The notes beneath the pieces are model-generated. The model made no database searches and had not been told where the DNA came from. It saw only the letters and a program-made list of their open reading frames with translations. 64,000 nucleotides of DNA from positions 1,307,200 to 1,371,199 of the forward strand of contig CAWDCV010000002.1 in the NCBI GenBank assembly GCA_963801015.1. Direction: 5' to 3'. The stretch comes from an uncultured Actinomycetota bacterium (lineage in GTDB: Bacteria; Actinomycetota; Actinomycetes; CAWDCV01). Of the stretch, positions 49,677-60,201 are shown in pieces. The position numbers were made by a program, and so were the translations under genes. Each line of letters starts with the position of its first letter. Position 1 is the stretch's first letter.

Positions 49677-50111
49677 GCCGTTCCCGCCTCCTCTGTGCTA
49701 CCGCTCATGTCTACTCGTCCGCCACGGGGAACTCGCTCATCCCCACCCAGGGGCGTTCCGGTGATGAAGTGTGTCTTCATCCTCTGACATCTTTCGTGGA
49801 CGTCGTCGGGGCGGTGGATGCTGTGGAGATCGGCGTCAGCAGCACCGGCTCCCGCGCATCGACCCAGGTCACGTTGGGGTTGGATATCACGGCGACCGCC
49901 AATGCCCGGTGCGACCTCATGTGGACCACGTGCTGGACAGTGGCAGTCGGCTGGGGATGGCGCGTGCAGTCGGGCACCCCCGGTGGGGTCCTCCCCAGCG
50001 GATCCCCTACCCTGCCCCCCGCATCCACAGACTTGTCCCCAGGCTGTGGGAGACCACCCACGGGGGCGCTGCCCCCGTGTGCCCCGAAACCGAACGCGAC
50101 CGAGACGCGCA
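49677..50111. other. Replication origin oriC (dnaA-dnaN intergenic region)
   Basis: Degenerate DnaA boxes, e.g. TGTGGAGAT 49822, TGTGGACCA 49920, GCATCCACA 50021, TTGTCCCCA 50033, TGTGGGAGA 50045; box-box-GC-trio module 49786-49830. Confidence 0.85.
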
Positions 50112-51710
50112 TCACTTCTGCCGCGACTGCTGCTTGATGCGGTTTGTCAGCTCGGTGACCTGGTTGTAGATGGATCGCCGCTCGGCCATGAGCGAGCGCA
50201 CCTTGCGGTCGGCATGCATGACCGTGGTGTGATCGCGGCCGCCGAACTGCTGGCCGATCTTCGGCAGCGACAGGTCGGTGAGCTCTCGGCACAGGTACAT
50301 CGCGATCTGCCGGGCATTGACGAGGACCCGGCTGCGACTGGAGCCGCACAGCTCGTCCAGGGACAGGCCGAAGTACGCTGCGGTCTGGGCCATGATCGTC
50401 GCGGATGTGATCTCCGGGTCGGCATTGTCGGGGATGAGGTCCTTGAGCACGATCTCAGCGAGCGCCAGGTCGACCGGCTGCCGGTTCAAGCTCGCGAACG
50501 CGGTCACCCGGATCAGCGCGCCCTCGAGCTCGCGGATGTTCGTCGAGATCTTGCTCGCGATGAACTCGAGTGCCTCGGGCGGGACGTCCAGGCGTTCCTG
50601 AGCGGCCTTCTTGCGCAGGATGGCGATGCGCGTCTCCAGCTCCGGCGGTTGAACGTCGGTGATGAGACCCCATTCGAACCGGTTGCGCAGCCGGTTTTCC
50701 AGCGTGACCAGCTGCTTGGGCGGTCGGTCACTGGAGATGACGATCTGCTTGTTCGCGTTGTGCAGCGTGTTGAACGTGTGGAAGAACTCCTCCTGGGTCT
50801 GCTCCTTGCTCTCCAGGAATTGGATGTCGTCGACGAGCAGGATGTCGACATCGCGATGCCGGCGGCGAAAGCCCTCGGCCTTGCCGTCACGAATCGAGTT
50901 GATGAAGTCGTTGGTGAATTCCTCGGAACTCACGTAACGCACCCGGGCGCCATGGAACAGGTTCTGCGCGTAGTGGCCGATGGCGTGCAGCAGATGCGTC
51001 TTACCGAGGCCCGAATCCCCGTAGATGAAGAGCGGGTTGTACGCCTTGGCCGGCGCCTCCGCGACCGCGACAGCGGCGGCATGCGCGAATCGATTGCTCG
51101 AGCCGATGACGAACGTCTCGAACTGGTACTTGGGGTTGAGTCGGGCCGGCTCGGCGTCGCGCCGGAAACCGCCTTCACGCCCCGTGCCTAAGTGGTGACG
51201 CTCTGTGCTCGGTGGGCGATTGTCGGGCGCGGCCAGCGGGGACACCGGCGCCACGGGTCGGGTCAACTCGTCGCGGCCCCGGAGCTCGTCCGGCAGATCC
51301 GCAGCTGCGCCGGGAGGACCCGTCGATTCGCTGGAGAGCGACGGGGAGTCGGCGAGGCTGGCGGGGGTGGGTGCCGGCCTCCCGTTCCCCACCGAGGTGC
51401 TCGCGGTGCTCCCGGTGCTCACGGGGTTTCCGTTGCCGTTGCCCTCCCGCTCACCCGTATCGACCATGACGGCGATGCCGATCTCGCGCCCGAGCGCTCG
51501 CGAGAGTGTTTCGGAGACCAGACTGCGTAGCCGGCTCTCCAACACCTCCTTGGCGAACTCGTTCGGGGCCGCGAGCAGAGCAGTGTCCTCGACGAGCGCG
51601 ACCGGCCGAGTGAGCTGCAGAAAGGCGCGGTGCTGCGGGAGTACCGCATCGCCCGACAGGTCCTGCAGGCACCCTGACCACACCATCGCGAACGTGTTCT
51701 CGTCCTGCAC
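50112..51710 (-). CDS. dnaA: Chromosomal replication initiator DnaA
   Basis: [39 protein letters not shown]. Confidence 0.98.
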   Translation of the reverse strand: MQDENTFAMVWSGCLQDLSGDAVLPQHRAFLQLTRPVALVEDTALLAAPNEFAKEVLESRLRSLVSETLSRALGREIGIAVMVDTGEREGNGNGNPVSTGSTASTSVGNGRPAPTPASLADSPSLSSESTGPPGAAADLPDELRGRDELTRPVAPVSPLAAPDNRPPSTERHHLGTGREGGFRRDAEPARLNPKYQFETFVIGSSNRFAHAAAVAVAEAPAKAYNPLFIYGDSGLGKTHLLHAIGHYAQNLFHGARVRYVSSEEFTNDFINSIRDGKAEGFRRRHRDVDILLVDDIQFLESKEQTQEEFFHTFNTLHNANKQIVISSDRPPKQLVTLENRLRNRFEWGLITDVQPPELETRIAILRKKAAQERLDVPPEALEFIASKISTNIRELEGALIRVTAFASLNRQPVDLALAEIVLKDLIPDNADPEITSATIMAQTAAYFGLSLDELCGSSRSRVLVNARQIAMYLCRELTDLSLPKIGQQFGGRDHTTVMHADRKVRSLMAERRSIYNQVTELTNRIKQQSRQK

Positions 51711-51821
51711 GACTGTCCTACTTCCTGCGTGCTTCGTGCGGTCGGGCATCCGTCCGATCGGCCATCTCGCGCCCGATGTCAGGCACCGTGTCAGGCACGG
51801 TGTCAGACAGATCCGGCAGCG

Positions 51822-51966
51822 CCGTCCACACGGTTGTCCACAAGCTGTGCAGATTCAGCCGGAACGCCTGAGGACGCACCGCGGCGGGCGATGGGGGAAG
51901 GCCGGCGTGCAGACCCTAGCGAGGGTTCGCGTCGGCCATCAACCCGCCATCAACAGAGTGTCCACA
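51822..51966. promoter_or_regulatory. DnaA boxes upstream of dnaA
   Basis: CCGTCCACA 51822, perfect TTGTCCACA 51834-51842, GTGTCCACA 51958. Confidence 0.8.
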
Positions 51967-51980
51967 ACGGCCCGAACAGT

Positions 51981-52010
51981 TTGACCCGAGCTTGCGCGGC
52001 CCCGTACCGT
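51981..52010 (+). promoter_or_regulatory. Probable housekeeping promoter of the rpmH operon
   Basis: TTGACC-N18-TACCGT. Confidence 0.6.
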
Positions 52011-52126
52011 GGATCGGTCGAGCGTCTGCTCGGCGCTTTTGCATGTCATGCGGTTGCCAGCGCAGACCTATTCTGGGGCTGGCCCGCTCGTCGTCGTCGT
52101 ACCGTGTCCTGGGTGGAGATCCCGTC

Positions 52127-52264
52127 GTGAGCAAGCGCACTTTCCAGCCGAACAACCGCCGCCGTGCCCGTACCCACGGCTTCCGGCTGCGCATGCGCAC
52201 CCGGGCAGGCCGAGCGATCCTCGCCGCCAGGCGCGGCAAGGGCCGGGCCAAGCTGTCCGCCTGA
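52127..52264 (+). CDS. rpmH: 50S ribosomal protein L34
   Basis: [23 protein letters not shown]. Confidence 0.98.
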   Translation: MSKRTFQPNNRRRARTHGFRLRMRTRAGRAILAARRGKGRAKLSA

Positions 52265-52298
52265 GCGCCGGCTCCTCGACCAGTGTCATGGTGCTTCC

Positions 52299-52658
52299 AT
52301 GCTTCCCCGAGCGCACCGCGTGCGTCGACGGGGTGACTTCAGTACGGCCATCCGGTCCGGCCGGCGCTGCGCCCGCTCCACCCTCGTCGTCCACTATGTC
52401 GTTTCCGAGCCGCAGGAGACGAGCGCACCGCCACGCGCCGGATTCGTTGTCAGCCGAGCTGTCGGCAACGCTGTGACACGCAACGCCGTCCGTCGCCGCT
52501 TGCGCGAACTGGTCCGTCCTGAGCTATCCAGACTTCCGGCCGGATCGCTGCTCGTCGTACGCGCGCTCCCCGCTGCCGCGTCCGCCCGCACCCAGCAACT
52601 TGCGGACGACCTGACCACTGCGCTGACCCGGGTGCAGGCATCCGGAGCGACGCGATGA
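52299..52658 (+). CDS. rnpA: RNase P protein component
   Basis: [29 protein letters not shown]. Confidence 0.95.
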   Translation: MLPRAHRVRRRGDFSTAIRSGRRCARSTLVVHYVVSEPQETSAPPRAGFVVSRAVGNAVTRNAVRRRLRELVRPELSRLPAGSLLVVRALPAAASARTQQLADDLTTALTRVQASGATR

Positions 52659-52936
52659 TCGTGCGGCTGGTCGTGTTGCTCATTCGGGCGTACCAGGTCA
52701 CGATCGCCCCGCTGCTCCTCGACCGGACGTACAACATGCCGCGGTGCCGATTCTCCCCCAGCTGTAGCCAGTTCGCCGTGGATGCGTTCACAACCCAGGG
52801 GCTGGTACGTGGGAGCTGGCTGACCCTGCGACGTCTCCTTCGCTGCCACCCGTGGAATCCTGGAGGCTACGACCCCGTCCCGCCCGCACCTGCCCTACCC
52901 ACATCTGCCAAGCGCAGCGCCGTGCCCACGAGCTGA
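52655..52936 (+). CDS. yidD: Membrane protein insertion efficiency factor
   Basis: [22 protein letters not shown]. Confidence 0.95.
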   Translation: MIVRLVVLLIRAYQVTIAPLLLDRTYNMPRCRFSPSCSQFAVDAFTTQGLVRGSWLTLRRLLRCHPWNPGGYDPVPPAPALPTSAKRSAVPTS

Positions 52937-52951
52937 GGAGCGAAACGAACC

Positions 52952-53968
52952 GTGGGGCTTCTCGATCCCATCTATGCCGCCGTCGCGTGGGTCTTGGTCG
53001 CCCTCCACTCCGCGTGGGGCCTGGTCCTCGATCCAAACAGCGGTGCGGCCTGGGCGCTGTCGATCGTCGTGCTCGTCGTTCTCGTCCGCATTCTGCTCAT
53101 TCCGCTGTTTGTCAAGCAGATCAAGGCGCAGCGGGCCATGTCGGCCTTGCAGCCGGAAATGAAGAAGCTGCAGGAGAAGTACAAGAACGACAAGGAACGA
53201 CTGACACAGGAAATGCAGAAGCTGTGGAAGGAGAACGGCACCAACCCGCTCGCCGGTTGCTTGCCGATCCTGCTGCAGTCGCCGTTCTTCTTCGCGCTGT
53301 TTCACATCCTCAATTACGTCGTCGCGCGCGATAATCCGAACTTTGCGCTGACACCGGAGCTCGTCGAGTCGGCGCAGCAAGCCACCATCTTCGGTGCGCC
53401 CATCGCGGCGACGTTCCTCATGAGCAGCGCCGACGTGGTGGCGTTCGGGGGCAGCCCCACCGCCACCAAGATCGTCTGCGTGGTGTTCATCATCATCATG
53501 ACAGTCACCATGTTCATCACTCAGCGCCAGCTGATGATCAAGAACATGCCGACCGCCGGCAACCCGATGGCGCAGCAGCAGAAGATCCTCCTCTACGTCT
53601 TCCCGCTGGTGTTCCTGTTCTCCGGCGTCAACTTCCCGATCGGCGTGCTCATCTACTGGATGACGACCAACTTCTGGACGATGGCCCAGCAGTTCTGGGT
53701 GATTCGCAACAATCCCGCACCGGGAACGCCGGCGTACGACGCCCGGGAGCATCGGCTTGCGGAGAAGGAGCGGAAGAAGGCGGGCGGGTCGTTGGTGACC
53801 GACGTCGCCACTGCCACTCGAGATGCGGACGTCGAGCCCACACCACCTCCACCCAAGCCGCGCGCCCAACCCAAGCGGCAGACTCGCAGCCAGCGCTCGA
53901 AGCCCAAGGGCGGCAAGGGCCAACCACCCGGCCCGCCGCGCCCCGGGGAAGATCCCACCCCCAGCTGA
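52952..53968 (+). CDS. yidC: Membrane insertase YidC
   Basis: PLFVKQ, LQPEMKKLQ, NPLAGCLP, IYWMTTNFW. Confidence 0.96.
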   Translation: MGLLDPIYAAVAWVLVALHSAWGLVLDPNSGAAWALSIVVLVVLVRILLIPLFVKQIKAQRAMSALQPEMKKLQEKYKNDKERLTQEMQKLWKENGTNPLAGCLPILLQSPFFFALFHILNYVVARDNPNFALTPELVESAQQATIFGAPIAATFLMSSADVVAFGGSPTATKIVCVVFIIIMTVTMFITQRQLMIKNMPTAGNPMAQQQKILLYVFPLVFLFSGVNFPIGVLIYWMTTNFWTMAQQFWVIRNNPAPGTPAYDAREHRLAEKERKKAGGSLVTDVATATRDADVEPTPPPPKPRAQPKRQTRSQRSKPKGGKGQPPGPPRPGEDPTPS

Positions 53969-54006
53969 GCGCATCCCGTCGGCGATTCTCGACTCAGGAG
54001 CAGCAC

Positions 54007-54597
54007 ATGACCGACCCGTCTCTTGGCACGTCTGTCACACCGGGTGATGCGTCCGCGACACCGGTGGAGTCTGCGGCGGAGTCCGCTGATGTGGTGACCA
54101 CGGCTGACGTTGCCGATGTGGGGAGGCTCGAGCAGGAAGGCGAGGTCGCGGCCGACTACCTTGAGGGGCTGCTCGATATCGCGGACCTCGATGGGGACAT
54201 CGACATGGACGTCGAGGGCGAACGGGCCGTGGTGTCGATCGTCGCCTCCGAGGTGGAGGACGGGTCCCCGGCCGATCTGTCTCGGCTGGTCGGGCCGAAC
54301 GGGGAGGTCCTCGACGCGCTGCAGGAGCTCACGCGTCTTGCCGTGCATCAGGCCATCGGTGAGCGCAGCCGCCTCATGCTCGACGTTGCCGCCTTTCGGG
54401 CGCGTAAGCGCGTCGAGCTCAGTGAGATGGGTCGGACTGCCGCGGAGCGTGCCGCCGCGACCCGCGAGCCCGTACGTCTGCAGCCCATGAACCCGTTCGA
54501 GCGCAAGGTCATCCACGATGCCGTCGCCGCCGCTGGGCTGCGTAGCGAGTCCGAGGGCGTGGAGCCGGAGCGGTTCGTCGTCGTCCTGCCGGGTTAG
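54007..54597 (+). CDS. jag: Jag/KhpB R3H RNA-binding protein
   Basis: AADYLEGLLDIADLDGD, MNPFERKVIHD. Confidence 0.93.
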   Translation: MTDPSLGTSVTPGDASATPVESAAESADVVTTADVADVGRLEQEGEVAADYLEGLLDIADLDGDIDMDVEGERAVVSIVASEVEDGSPADLSRLVGPNGEVLDALQELTRLAVHQAIGERSRLMLDVAAFRARKRVELSEMGRTAAERAAATREPVRLQPMNPFERKVIHDAVAAAGLRSESEGVEPERFVVVLPG

Positions 54598-54602
54598 GGC
54601 AC

Positions 54603-55283
54603 GTGCCTGCCCCTGCGGGGGCTCCAGTCGAGAACGCTGCCGCCGCCGTCTTCGGCGACCGGCTGGAGCTGGCGACGTCGTACGTGGCCTACCTGGAGAC
54701 AGTGGCTGTGCCACGTGGTCTGCTCGGCCCGCACGAGGTACCCCGGCTGTGGGAACGGCATGTCCTCAATTGCGCGGTGGTCACGGATCTCTGCCCTGAG
54801 GGCACGACGGTGTACGACGTCGGCAGCGGCGCGGGGCTCCCCGGCATCCCCTGGGCGATCCGCCGACCCGACCTCGACGTCACGCTGCTCGAGCCGCTGC
54901 TGCGCCGAGCCACCTTTCTCAGCGAATGCGTTGCAGACCTTGGCCTGAGCAACGTGACCGTGCGGCGGACGCGGGCGGAGGATGTCACCGCGTCGGCTGG
55001 CATTGTGACGGCCCGGGCCGTGGCTCCGCTGGCACGATTGGCGGGCTGGACGCTCCCCCTTGTTCGCCGTGGGGGTTGCCTGCTTGCGATCAAGGGCAGC
55101 AGCGCTGCCGACGAAGTGCCCGCGGCCGATGCCGTCGTCGGGGCATTCGGGGGATCCAAAGTCGAGATCGTGTCCTGCGGGGTTGATCTCCTCGAAACCC
55201 CTACTGTCGTTCTTCGAGTCCGCAAGTCTCACTCTGCGCGGACGACGGGCTCGCGGCGACGGTACGCAAGGAGGAGCCGGTGA
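54603..55283 (+). CDS. rsmG: 16S rRNA m7G527 methyltransferase
   Basis: RLWERHVLN, DVGSGAGLPG, TARAVAP. Confidence 0.96.
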   Translation: MPAPAGAPVENAAAAVFGDRLELATSYVAYLETVAVPRGLLGPHEVPRLWERHVLNCAVVTDLCPEGTTVYDVGSGAGLPGIPWAIRRPDLDVTLLEPLLRRATFLSECVADLGLSNVTVRRTRAEDVTASAGIVTARAVAPLARLAGWTLPLVRRGGCLLAIKGSSAADEVPAADAVVGAFGGSKVEIVSCGVDLLETPTVVLRVRKSHSARTTGSRRRYARRSR

Positions 55284-56440
55284 CGACGACCGCAACAGGA
55301 ACGCGCCGCAGTGGCTTGGGCTGGCCCGGAACCCTGTCGGCCGGCGCCCACCTGGGCTGGCCCGACGTCACCCGCCCCGCGGATGTTTCACGTGGAACGG
55401 TTTCACGTGAAACGTCACCGAACTCGCTTCAGGTTCGCACGGCAGCCGAGATTGCCGCCGACGCGGACGAACGTGAGTCCGGACTGGCCGATACCCCCAT
55501 CGCAGCGGAGACGGCGGAGGCTCTGCGCGCCACTCGGATGTCCCGAGCAAATCCGCTGCCTCGACCCGCGTCGACGCGACTGCTGACGGTGGCGAATCAG
55601 AAGGGCGGCGTGGGCAAGACCACGACTACGGTCAATCTCGCCGCCGCACTCGCCCAGCTCGGCGCTCGCGTGCTCGTCCTCGATCTCGACCCGCAGGGCA
55701 ATGCCTCCACTGCCCTCGGCATCGACCATCACGCAGACGTCCCCTCCATCTACGATGTGCTGCTCGAGGGTCGCCCGCTGGCCGAGGTGATCTCTCCCGT
55801 CGACGACGTGCCCGGACTGTTCTGCGTCCCCGCGACGATCGACCTCGCCGGCGCCGAGATCGAGCTCGTACCGCTGGTTGCCCGCGAGTCACGCTTGCTC
55901 CGCGCGGTTACCGCGCTCCTGGACGACCAGGACGATCCGGAGACGGCGTACGACTACGTGCTGGTCGACTGCCCGCCGTCCCTGGGTCTGCTCACCGTCA
56001 ATGCGCTCGTTGCCGCATCGGAAGTGCTCATTCCCATTCAGTGCGAGTATTACGCGCTCGAGGGACTCGGCCAGCTCATGCGCAACGTCGATCTCATCCG
56101 TTCGCACCTCAATCCGCAGCTGCACGTGTCGACGATCCTGCTGACCATGTACGACGCGCGGACCCGGCTCGCTTCACAGGTGGCCGACGAGGTGCGTACC
56201 CACTTCGGGCACCTCGTGCTGAGCACGACCGTGCCGCGGTCGGTACGAATCTCCGAGGCGCCGAGCTACGGCGAGACTGTCATGACCTACGACCCCAGCT
56301 CGTCCGGTGCGCTGTCGTACTTGGAAGCGGCGCGTGAGCTCGCTTTTCGGCATGCGGATGCCGGTCAGCACGATGACGAGATCACCGCGGACGAGGATGC
56401 GGACGCTGAGAAGATCGAAGCCGAGGAGGCGACCCGATGA
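55280..56440 (+). CDS. parA: ParA partition ATPase (start uncertain)
   Basis: [29 protein letters not shown]. Confidence 0.96.
   Translation: MTTTATGTRRSGLGWPGTLSAGAHLGWPDVTRPADVSRGTVSRETSPNSLQVRTAAEIAADADERESGLADTPIAAETAEALRATRMSRANPLPRPASTRLLTVANQKGGVGKTTTTVNLAAALAQLGARVLVLDLDPQGNASTALGIDHHADVPSIYDVLLEGRPLAEVISPVDDVPGLFCVPATIDLAGAEIELVPLVARESRLLRAVTALLDDQDDPETAYDYVLVDCPPSLGLLTVNALVAASEVLIPIQCEYYALEGLGQLMRNVDLIRSHLNPQLHVSTILLTMYDARTRLASQVADEVRTHFGHLVLSTTVPRSVRISEAPSYGETVMTYDPSSSGALSYLEAARELAFRHADAGQHDDEITADEDADAEKIEAEEATR
55384..55414. promoter_or_regulatory. Two tandem parS centromere sites
   Basis: GTTTCACGTGGAAC 55385-55398 and GTTTCACGTGAAAC 55400-55413 (read as [10 protein letters not shown]). 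Confidence 0.93.
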
Positions 56441-57459
56441 ATGCACGCACGCGAGGCCTGGGCCGAGGCCTGGGTGCGCTCCTCCCCTCCGCACCGGCTC
56501 GGACCGTCGACGACGACCGCACCGACCTCACTCCGGCAGCATCGAGCCCGTCCCCTGATTCCTGGACTCTGCCGCCGGTGATACTGCCCACCACCGCAGC
56601 CGGATCGCCGTCGGTGGCCATCGACTCGGCCGCGCACTATGAGGAGATCGACCTCGACGCGATCGATCCCAACCCGCGCCAACCGCGGCGGAACTTCGAC
56701 GACGACGCCATGGCCGAGTTGGTCCACTCGATTCGGGAGATCGGTCTGCTTCAGCCGGTGGTCGTCCGCAGCGTCGGACCGTCGCGGTATGAGCTCGTCG
56801 TCGGTGAACGACGCTGGCGGGCCGCGCGCCAGGCCGGGCTCGGTCGCATTCCGGCGATCGTTCGCGATACCGCCGACGACGTCATGCTGCGCGACGCCCT
56901 GCTGGAGAACTTGCACCGTGAGCAGCTCAATCCACTCGAGGAGGCAGCGGCGTACGACCAGCTCTTGCGCGACTTCGGCGCCACCCACGAGCAACTCGCC
57001 GACCGTATCGGCCGCTCGCGGTCTCAGGTCACCAACACGATCCGGCTGCTGCGTCTCCCGCCGCCGGTTCAGCGGCGGGTGGCTGCCGGCGTGCTGAGCG
57101 CCGGGCATGCGCGTGCGCTGCTCGCCCTCCCTGACGCCGACCGGCAGGAGTCGCTGGCGTCTCGGATTGTCGCCGAGGGCCTGTCCGTGCGCGCCGTCGA
57201 GGAGATTGTTGCGCTCGGCGATCCGGACGCGTCCGACGGGCGACGGCCCCGGCAGCCGGCACTGCGAGCGACCGCTCCCGGGCTGGATGATCTCGCCGGG
57301 AAGCTGTCGGATCGCTTCGAGACACGGGTCAAGGTTGAACTCGGCCGGCGCAGGGGAAAGATCATCGTCGAGTTCGCCTCGCTGGACGACCTCGAGCGCA
57401 TCGTCGACGCCATGGCGCCGGGAACGGCGCGCACGCGCGACGGCGGGCGCGACCTCTAG
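56437..57459 (+). CDS. parB: ParB partition protein
   Basis: [31 protein letters not shown] with [12 protein letters not shown]. Confidence 0.97.
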   Translation: MNARTRGLGRGLGALLPSAPARTVDDDRTDLTPAASSPSPDSWTLPPVILPTTAAGSPSVAIDSAAHYEEIDLDAIDPNPRQPRRNFDDDAMAELVHSIREIGLLQPVVVRSVGPSRYELVVGERRWRAARQAGLGRIPAIVRDTADDVMLRDALLENLHREQLNPLEEAAAYDQLLRDFGATHEQLADRIGRSRSQVTNTIRLLRLPPPVQRRVAAGVLSAGHARALLALPDADRQESLASRIVAEGLSVRAVEEIVALGDPDASDGRRPRQPALRATAPGLDDLAGKLSDRFETRVKVELGRRRGKIIVEFASLDDLERIVDAMAPGTARTRDGGRDL

Positions 57460-57503
57460 CCCGAGGAAGCGCTCGCGGACTAGCCGTCTGGGCGCGCGGC
57501 GGT

Positions 57504-57629
57504 CGTGAAGATCGTCGTGAACGCATCACGGCGCAGCATCAGGCCGGACGCACACGACGATCTTCACGACCGGCCGCGAGCTCACGACGATCTTCACGAC
57601 CGGGCTGCACCCTCACGACCATCTTCACG
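57504..57629. repeat. REP-like cluster: 1 forward + 3 inverted copies of CGTGAAGATCGTCGTGA
   Basis: Copies at 57504, 57552, 57582, 57613; same unit as 10817-10977. Confidence 0.85.
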
Positions 57630-57688
57630 ACCCTCGCCACCCGGGCGCCGCGGGTCGTCGCTACGCTGATCGTTTTCGGGGAGGTGCC

Positions 57689-57901
57689 ATGCGATCAGTT
57701 GGCTGGCTCGTGCTTGCTCTGCTCGTCGGTGCGATCGCGGGTGCTGGAATTGGCCTGCTCCGCCGCCGCCCACCCGCGGCGTACTCCGACGCCTACACCC
57801 GACTCGAACGCGACGCCGCGACCCCGACCACCGCCGCTGACCCGTTCGACTACGAACCAGACGAGATATATCGCGTCTCGTCCACGCCCGGCTCATCGTG
57901 A
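57689..57901 (+). CDS. Small membrane protein
   Basis: GGGAGG RBS, N-terminal TM + RRR, stop overlaps the GNAT start. Confidence 0.6.
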   Translation: MRSVGWLVLALLVGAIAGAGIGLLRRRPPAAYSDAYTRLERDAATPTTAADPFDYEPDEIYRVSSTPGSS

Positions 57902-58524
57902 CCCGACTGACCCGGCGGCTTGCCAACGTCACGCTGGACAACCTCGACCAGCTGCCCCGGCGCTGCCGCCGGTGCGTGTTCTGGGAGCTCGACCCGGTCT
58001 CCGGTGCGCGCGCTGTCGAGACCGGCGACCCAGGCGTGGAGAAGGAGGCGTGGATCTCCGCGGCCCTGCTCGAGTGGGGTTCGTGCGGGAAGATCGTCTA
58101 CGTCGGCGACGCGGCCGCCGGATACATGCTCTACGCGCCACCGGTCTACGTCCCGCGGGCTGTCGCCTTCCCGACCTCGCCCGCCAGCCCCGACGCGGTC
58201 CTGCTCATGACCGCCCACGTTCTCCCGGAGTTCGCCGGCGGCGGCCTGGGCCGCATGCTCGTGCAGGGCGTCGCCAAGGATCTCACCCGGCGCGGCATCC
58301 GCGCGATCGAGGCGTTCGCCGATGCCCGCTGGATGGCGACCGCGTGCATGCTGCCTGCCGACTACCTGCTCGCGGTCGGGTTCAAGACCGTGCGTCCGCA
58401 TCCGCGCTTCCCCCGGCTCCGTCTCGAGCTGAAGAACACCATGTCGTGGCGTGAGGACGTCGAGGTCGCGCTGGAACGGCTGCTGGGCTCGATGAGCCCG
58501 GAGGGCGCGCTGCGACCGGTGTAG
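57898..58524 (+). CDS. GNAT acetyltransferase (Rv3916c-like)
   Basis: CRRCVFWELDP, EWGSCG, GGGLGRMLVQ; conserved position next to parB/cwlM. Confidence 0.9.
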   Translation: MTRLTRRLANVTLDNLDQLPRRCRRCVFWELDPVSGARAVETGDPGVEKEAWISAALLEWGSCGKIVYVGDAAAGYMLYAPPVYVPRAVAFPTSPASPDAVLLMTAHVLPEFAGGGLGRMLVQGVAKDLTRRGIRAIEAFADARWMATACMLPADYLLAVGFKTVRPHPRFPRLRLELKNTMSWREDVEVALERLLGSMSPEGALRPV

Positions 58525-58544
58525 GACGCGACCTGCAGACAGTC

Positions 58545-59690
58545 TCAGCCGGACAGGACGGGCAAGCGCAGCGCTCCCGTCGGGGCGTCGAGATCCGGCG
58601 GCAGGTACAGCCGCTGGACGGCCACCGCGATGGCCTCGGCGACGGCATCACGAAAGTGCGGCGACGCCAACCGGCGCGCATCGTCGAGGTTGGTGACGTA
58701 GCCGACGTCGATGCGCACGGCCGGCATCCGGGTCCGGCGCAACAGGTCCCAGGTCTTGCCGTGGGTCCGACAGTCACGCAAATCCGTGCGGGCGACGATC
58801 TCGCGCTGCACCAGGCCCGCGAACTTCTCGCCGGTCGGCGAGCTGCCGCCCAGGCTGTCGTTGGCGTAGTAGAACGTCGCCACGCCCGACGCCTGCGGGT
58901 TCGGATGCGCGTCGACGTGCAGTGAGATCAAGAGGTTGGCGTGCAGGGTGTTCGCGAGGTCCGCGCGCTCGTCCTCGCTCAGATCCGTGTCCGGCCCGCG
59001 GGTGAGGTACGCGGTGACTCCGGTCGCGCTCAGCCGGCCCTCCAGCCGGGCCGCGAGATCGAAGACAACCGACGACTCCGCCACCCGGCCGCCAACCAGG
59101 CCCGGATCGCGCGCGCCATGGCCTGGGTCGAGGACGACGATCTTGCCGGCGAGAGCCGGTCCAGCGCGGCGGATGAGCTCGGACTCGCGCAGCGCGTACG
59201 GCTGACCGCCAACCACCGCGCGGGTCAGCCGCTCGAACGCGGCGTACGTCACCGGACCGCACGTGCCGTCGGCATCGATCCCGACATTGCGCTGGAAATC
59301 ACGGACCGCCTGCACGGTCTGGCGCCCGAAGATGCCGTCGACCCGACCGCAGTCGAAGCCGAGGTCGAGCAGTCGCTGCTGCAGCGCTGCCACATCGTCG
59401 CCGACAAGCATTCGGCTACCCGCATACGACAGCACGCGGTCACCCCACTGCCAGCGAGCCTCATCCAGGGCGCGGTACGTCGCCGAACCGACGACGCCGT
59501 CGACCATCAGGCCACGCCGCTGCTGAAACTCGCGGACCGCTCGGTCACACGCCTCGTCGAACAGCGCGTCGTCGACAGGCCGGCGCAGCGCCGGCGGCTC
59601 GGTCAGCAGGCCGAGCGTTGCCAACTTGGCACGAATCTCCGCGACCGCGGGTCCGCGGTCCCCCCGGCGGTATACGGGGCCGACAGGCAT
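58545..59690 (-). CDS. cwlM: N-acetylmuramoyl-L-alanine amidase with two PG-binding domains (CwlM-like)
   Basis: VREFQ..GL.VDG repeats, LDPGHG, ISLH, C-terminal PTG. Confidence 0.9.
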   Translation of the reverse strand: MPVGPVYRRGDRGPAVAEIRAKLATLGLLTEPPALRRPVDDALFDEACDRAVREFQQRRGLMVDGVVGSATYRALDEARWQWGDRVLSYAGSRMLVGDDVAALQQRLLDLGFDCGRVDGIFGRQTVQAVRDFQRNVGIDADGTCGPVTYAAFERLTRAVVGGQPYALRESELIRRAGPALAGKIVVLDPGHGARDPGLVGGRVAESSVVFDLAARLEGRLSATGVTAYLTRGPDTDLSEDERADLANTLHANLLISLHVDAHPNPQASGVATFYYANDSLGGSSPTGEKFAGLVQREIVARTDLRDCRTHGKTWDLLRRTRMPAVRIDVGYVTNLDDARRLASPHFRDAVAEAIAVAVQRLYLPPDLDAPTGALRLPVLSG

Positions 59691-59828
59691 GCAGCCCCAT
59701 CCTTCCTCCCGCACGAGCGGCTGAACATGAGCCTGGGCGCCCGGACCTGGGGGCCCGAGCGGGGCACAGCGTACCGACCCACGGGGGCGCTGCCGCGGTG
59801 TCCCCCCGAACCCCCTGACCGGAGAAAG

Positions 59829-60161
59829 TTAGAGAAAAGCCGCGAGGTCGCGCAGCAGCGCCGCCTTGGGCTTGGCGCCGATGATCGTCTTGACGACCTG
59901 ACCGTCGCGGTAGACGTTCAGGGTGGGGATCGACGTGACGCGGTACGCCTGAGAGATCTCGGGGTTCTCGTCGACGTTGAGCTTGACGACCGAGATCTTG
60001 TCGGCGTGCTCGGTCGCGATCTCCTCGAGGATGGGCGCGACCATCCGGCACGGCCCGCACCACACGGCCCAGAAGTCGACGAGCACCGTCTTGTCGCTCT
60101 GCAGCACCTCGGTGGCAAAGGACGCGTCGGTGACGGCCTTGGTGGTCGCGGTGTCGGCCAC
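59829..60161 (-). CDS. trxA: Thioredoxin
   Basis: WCGPC, SIPT. Confidence 0.97.
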   Translation of the reverse strand: MADTATTKAVTDASFATEVLQSDKTVLVDFWAVWCGPCRMVAPILEEIATEHADKISVVKLNVDENPEISQAYRVTSIPTLNVYRDGQVVKTIIGAKPKAALLRDLAAFL

Positions 60162-60201
60162 GGTTATCTCCTCTTGTTTCTCGAAGTCTCGTGCGGGTGG
60201 G

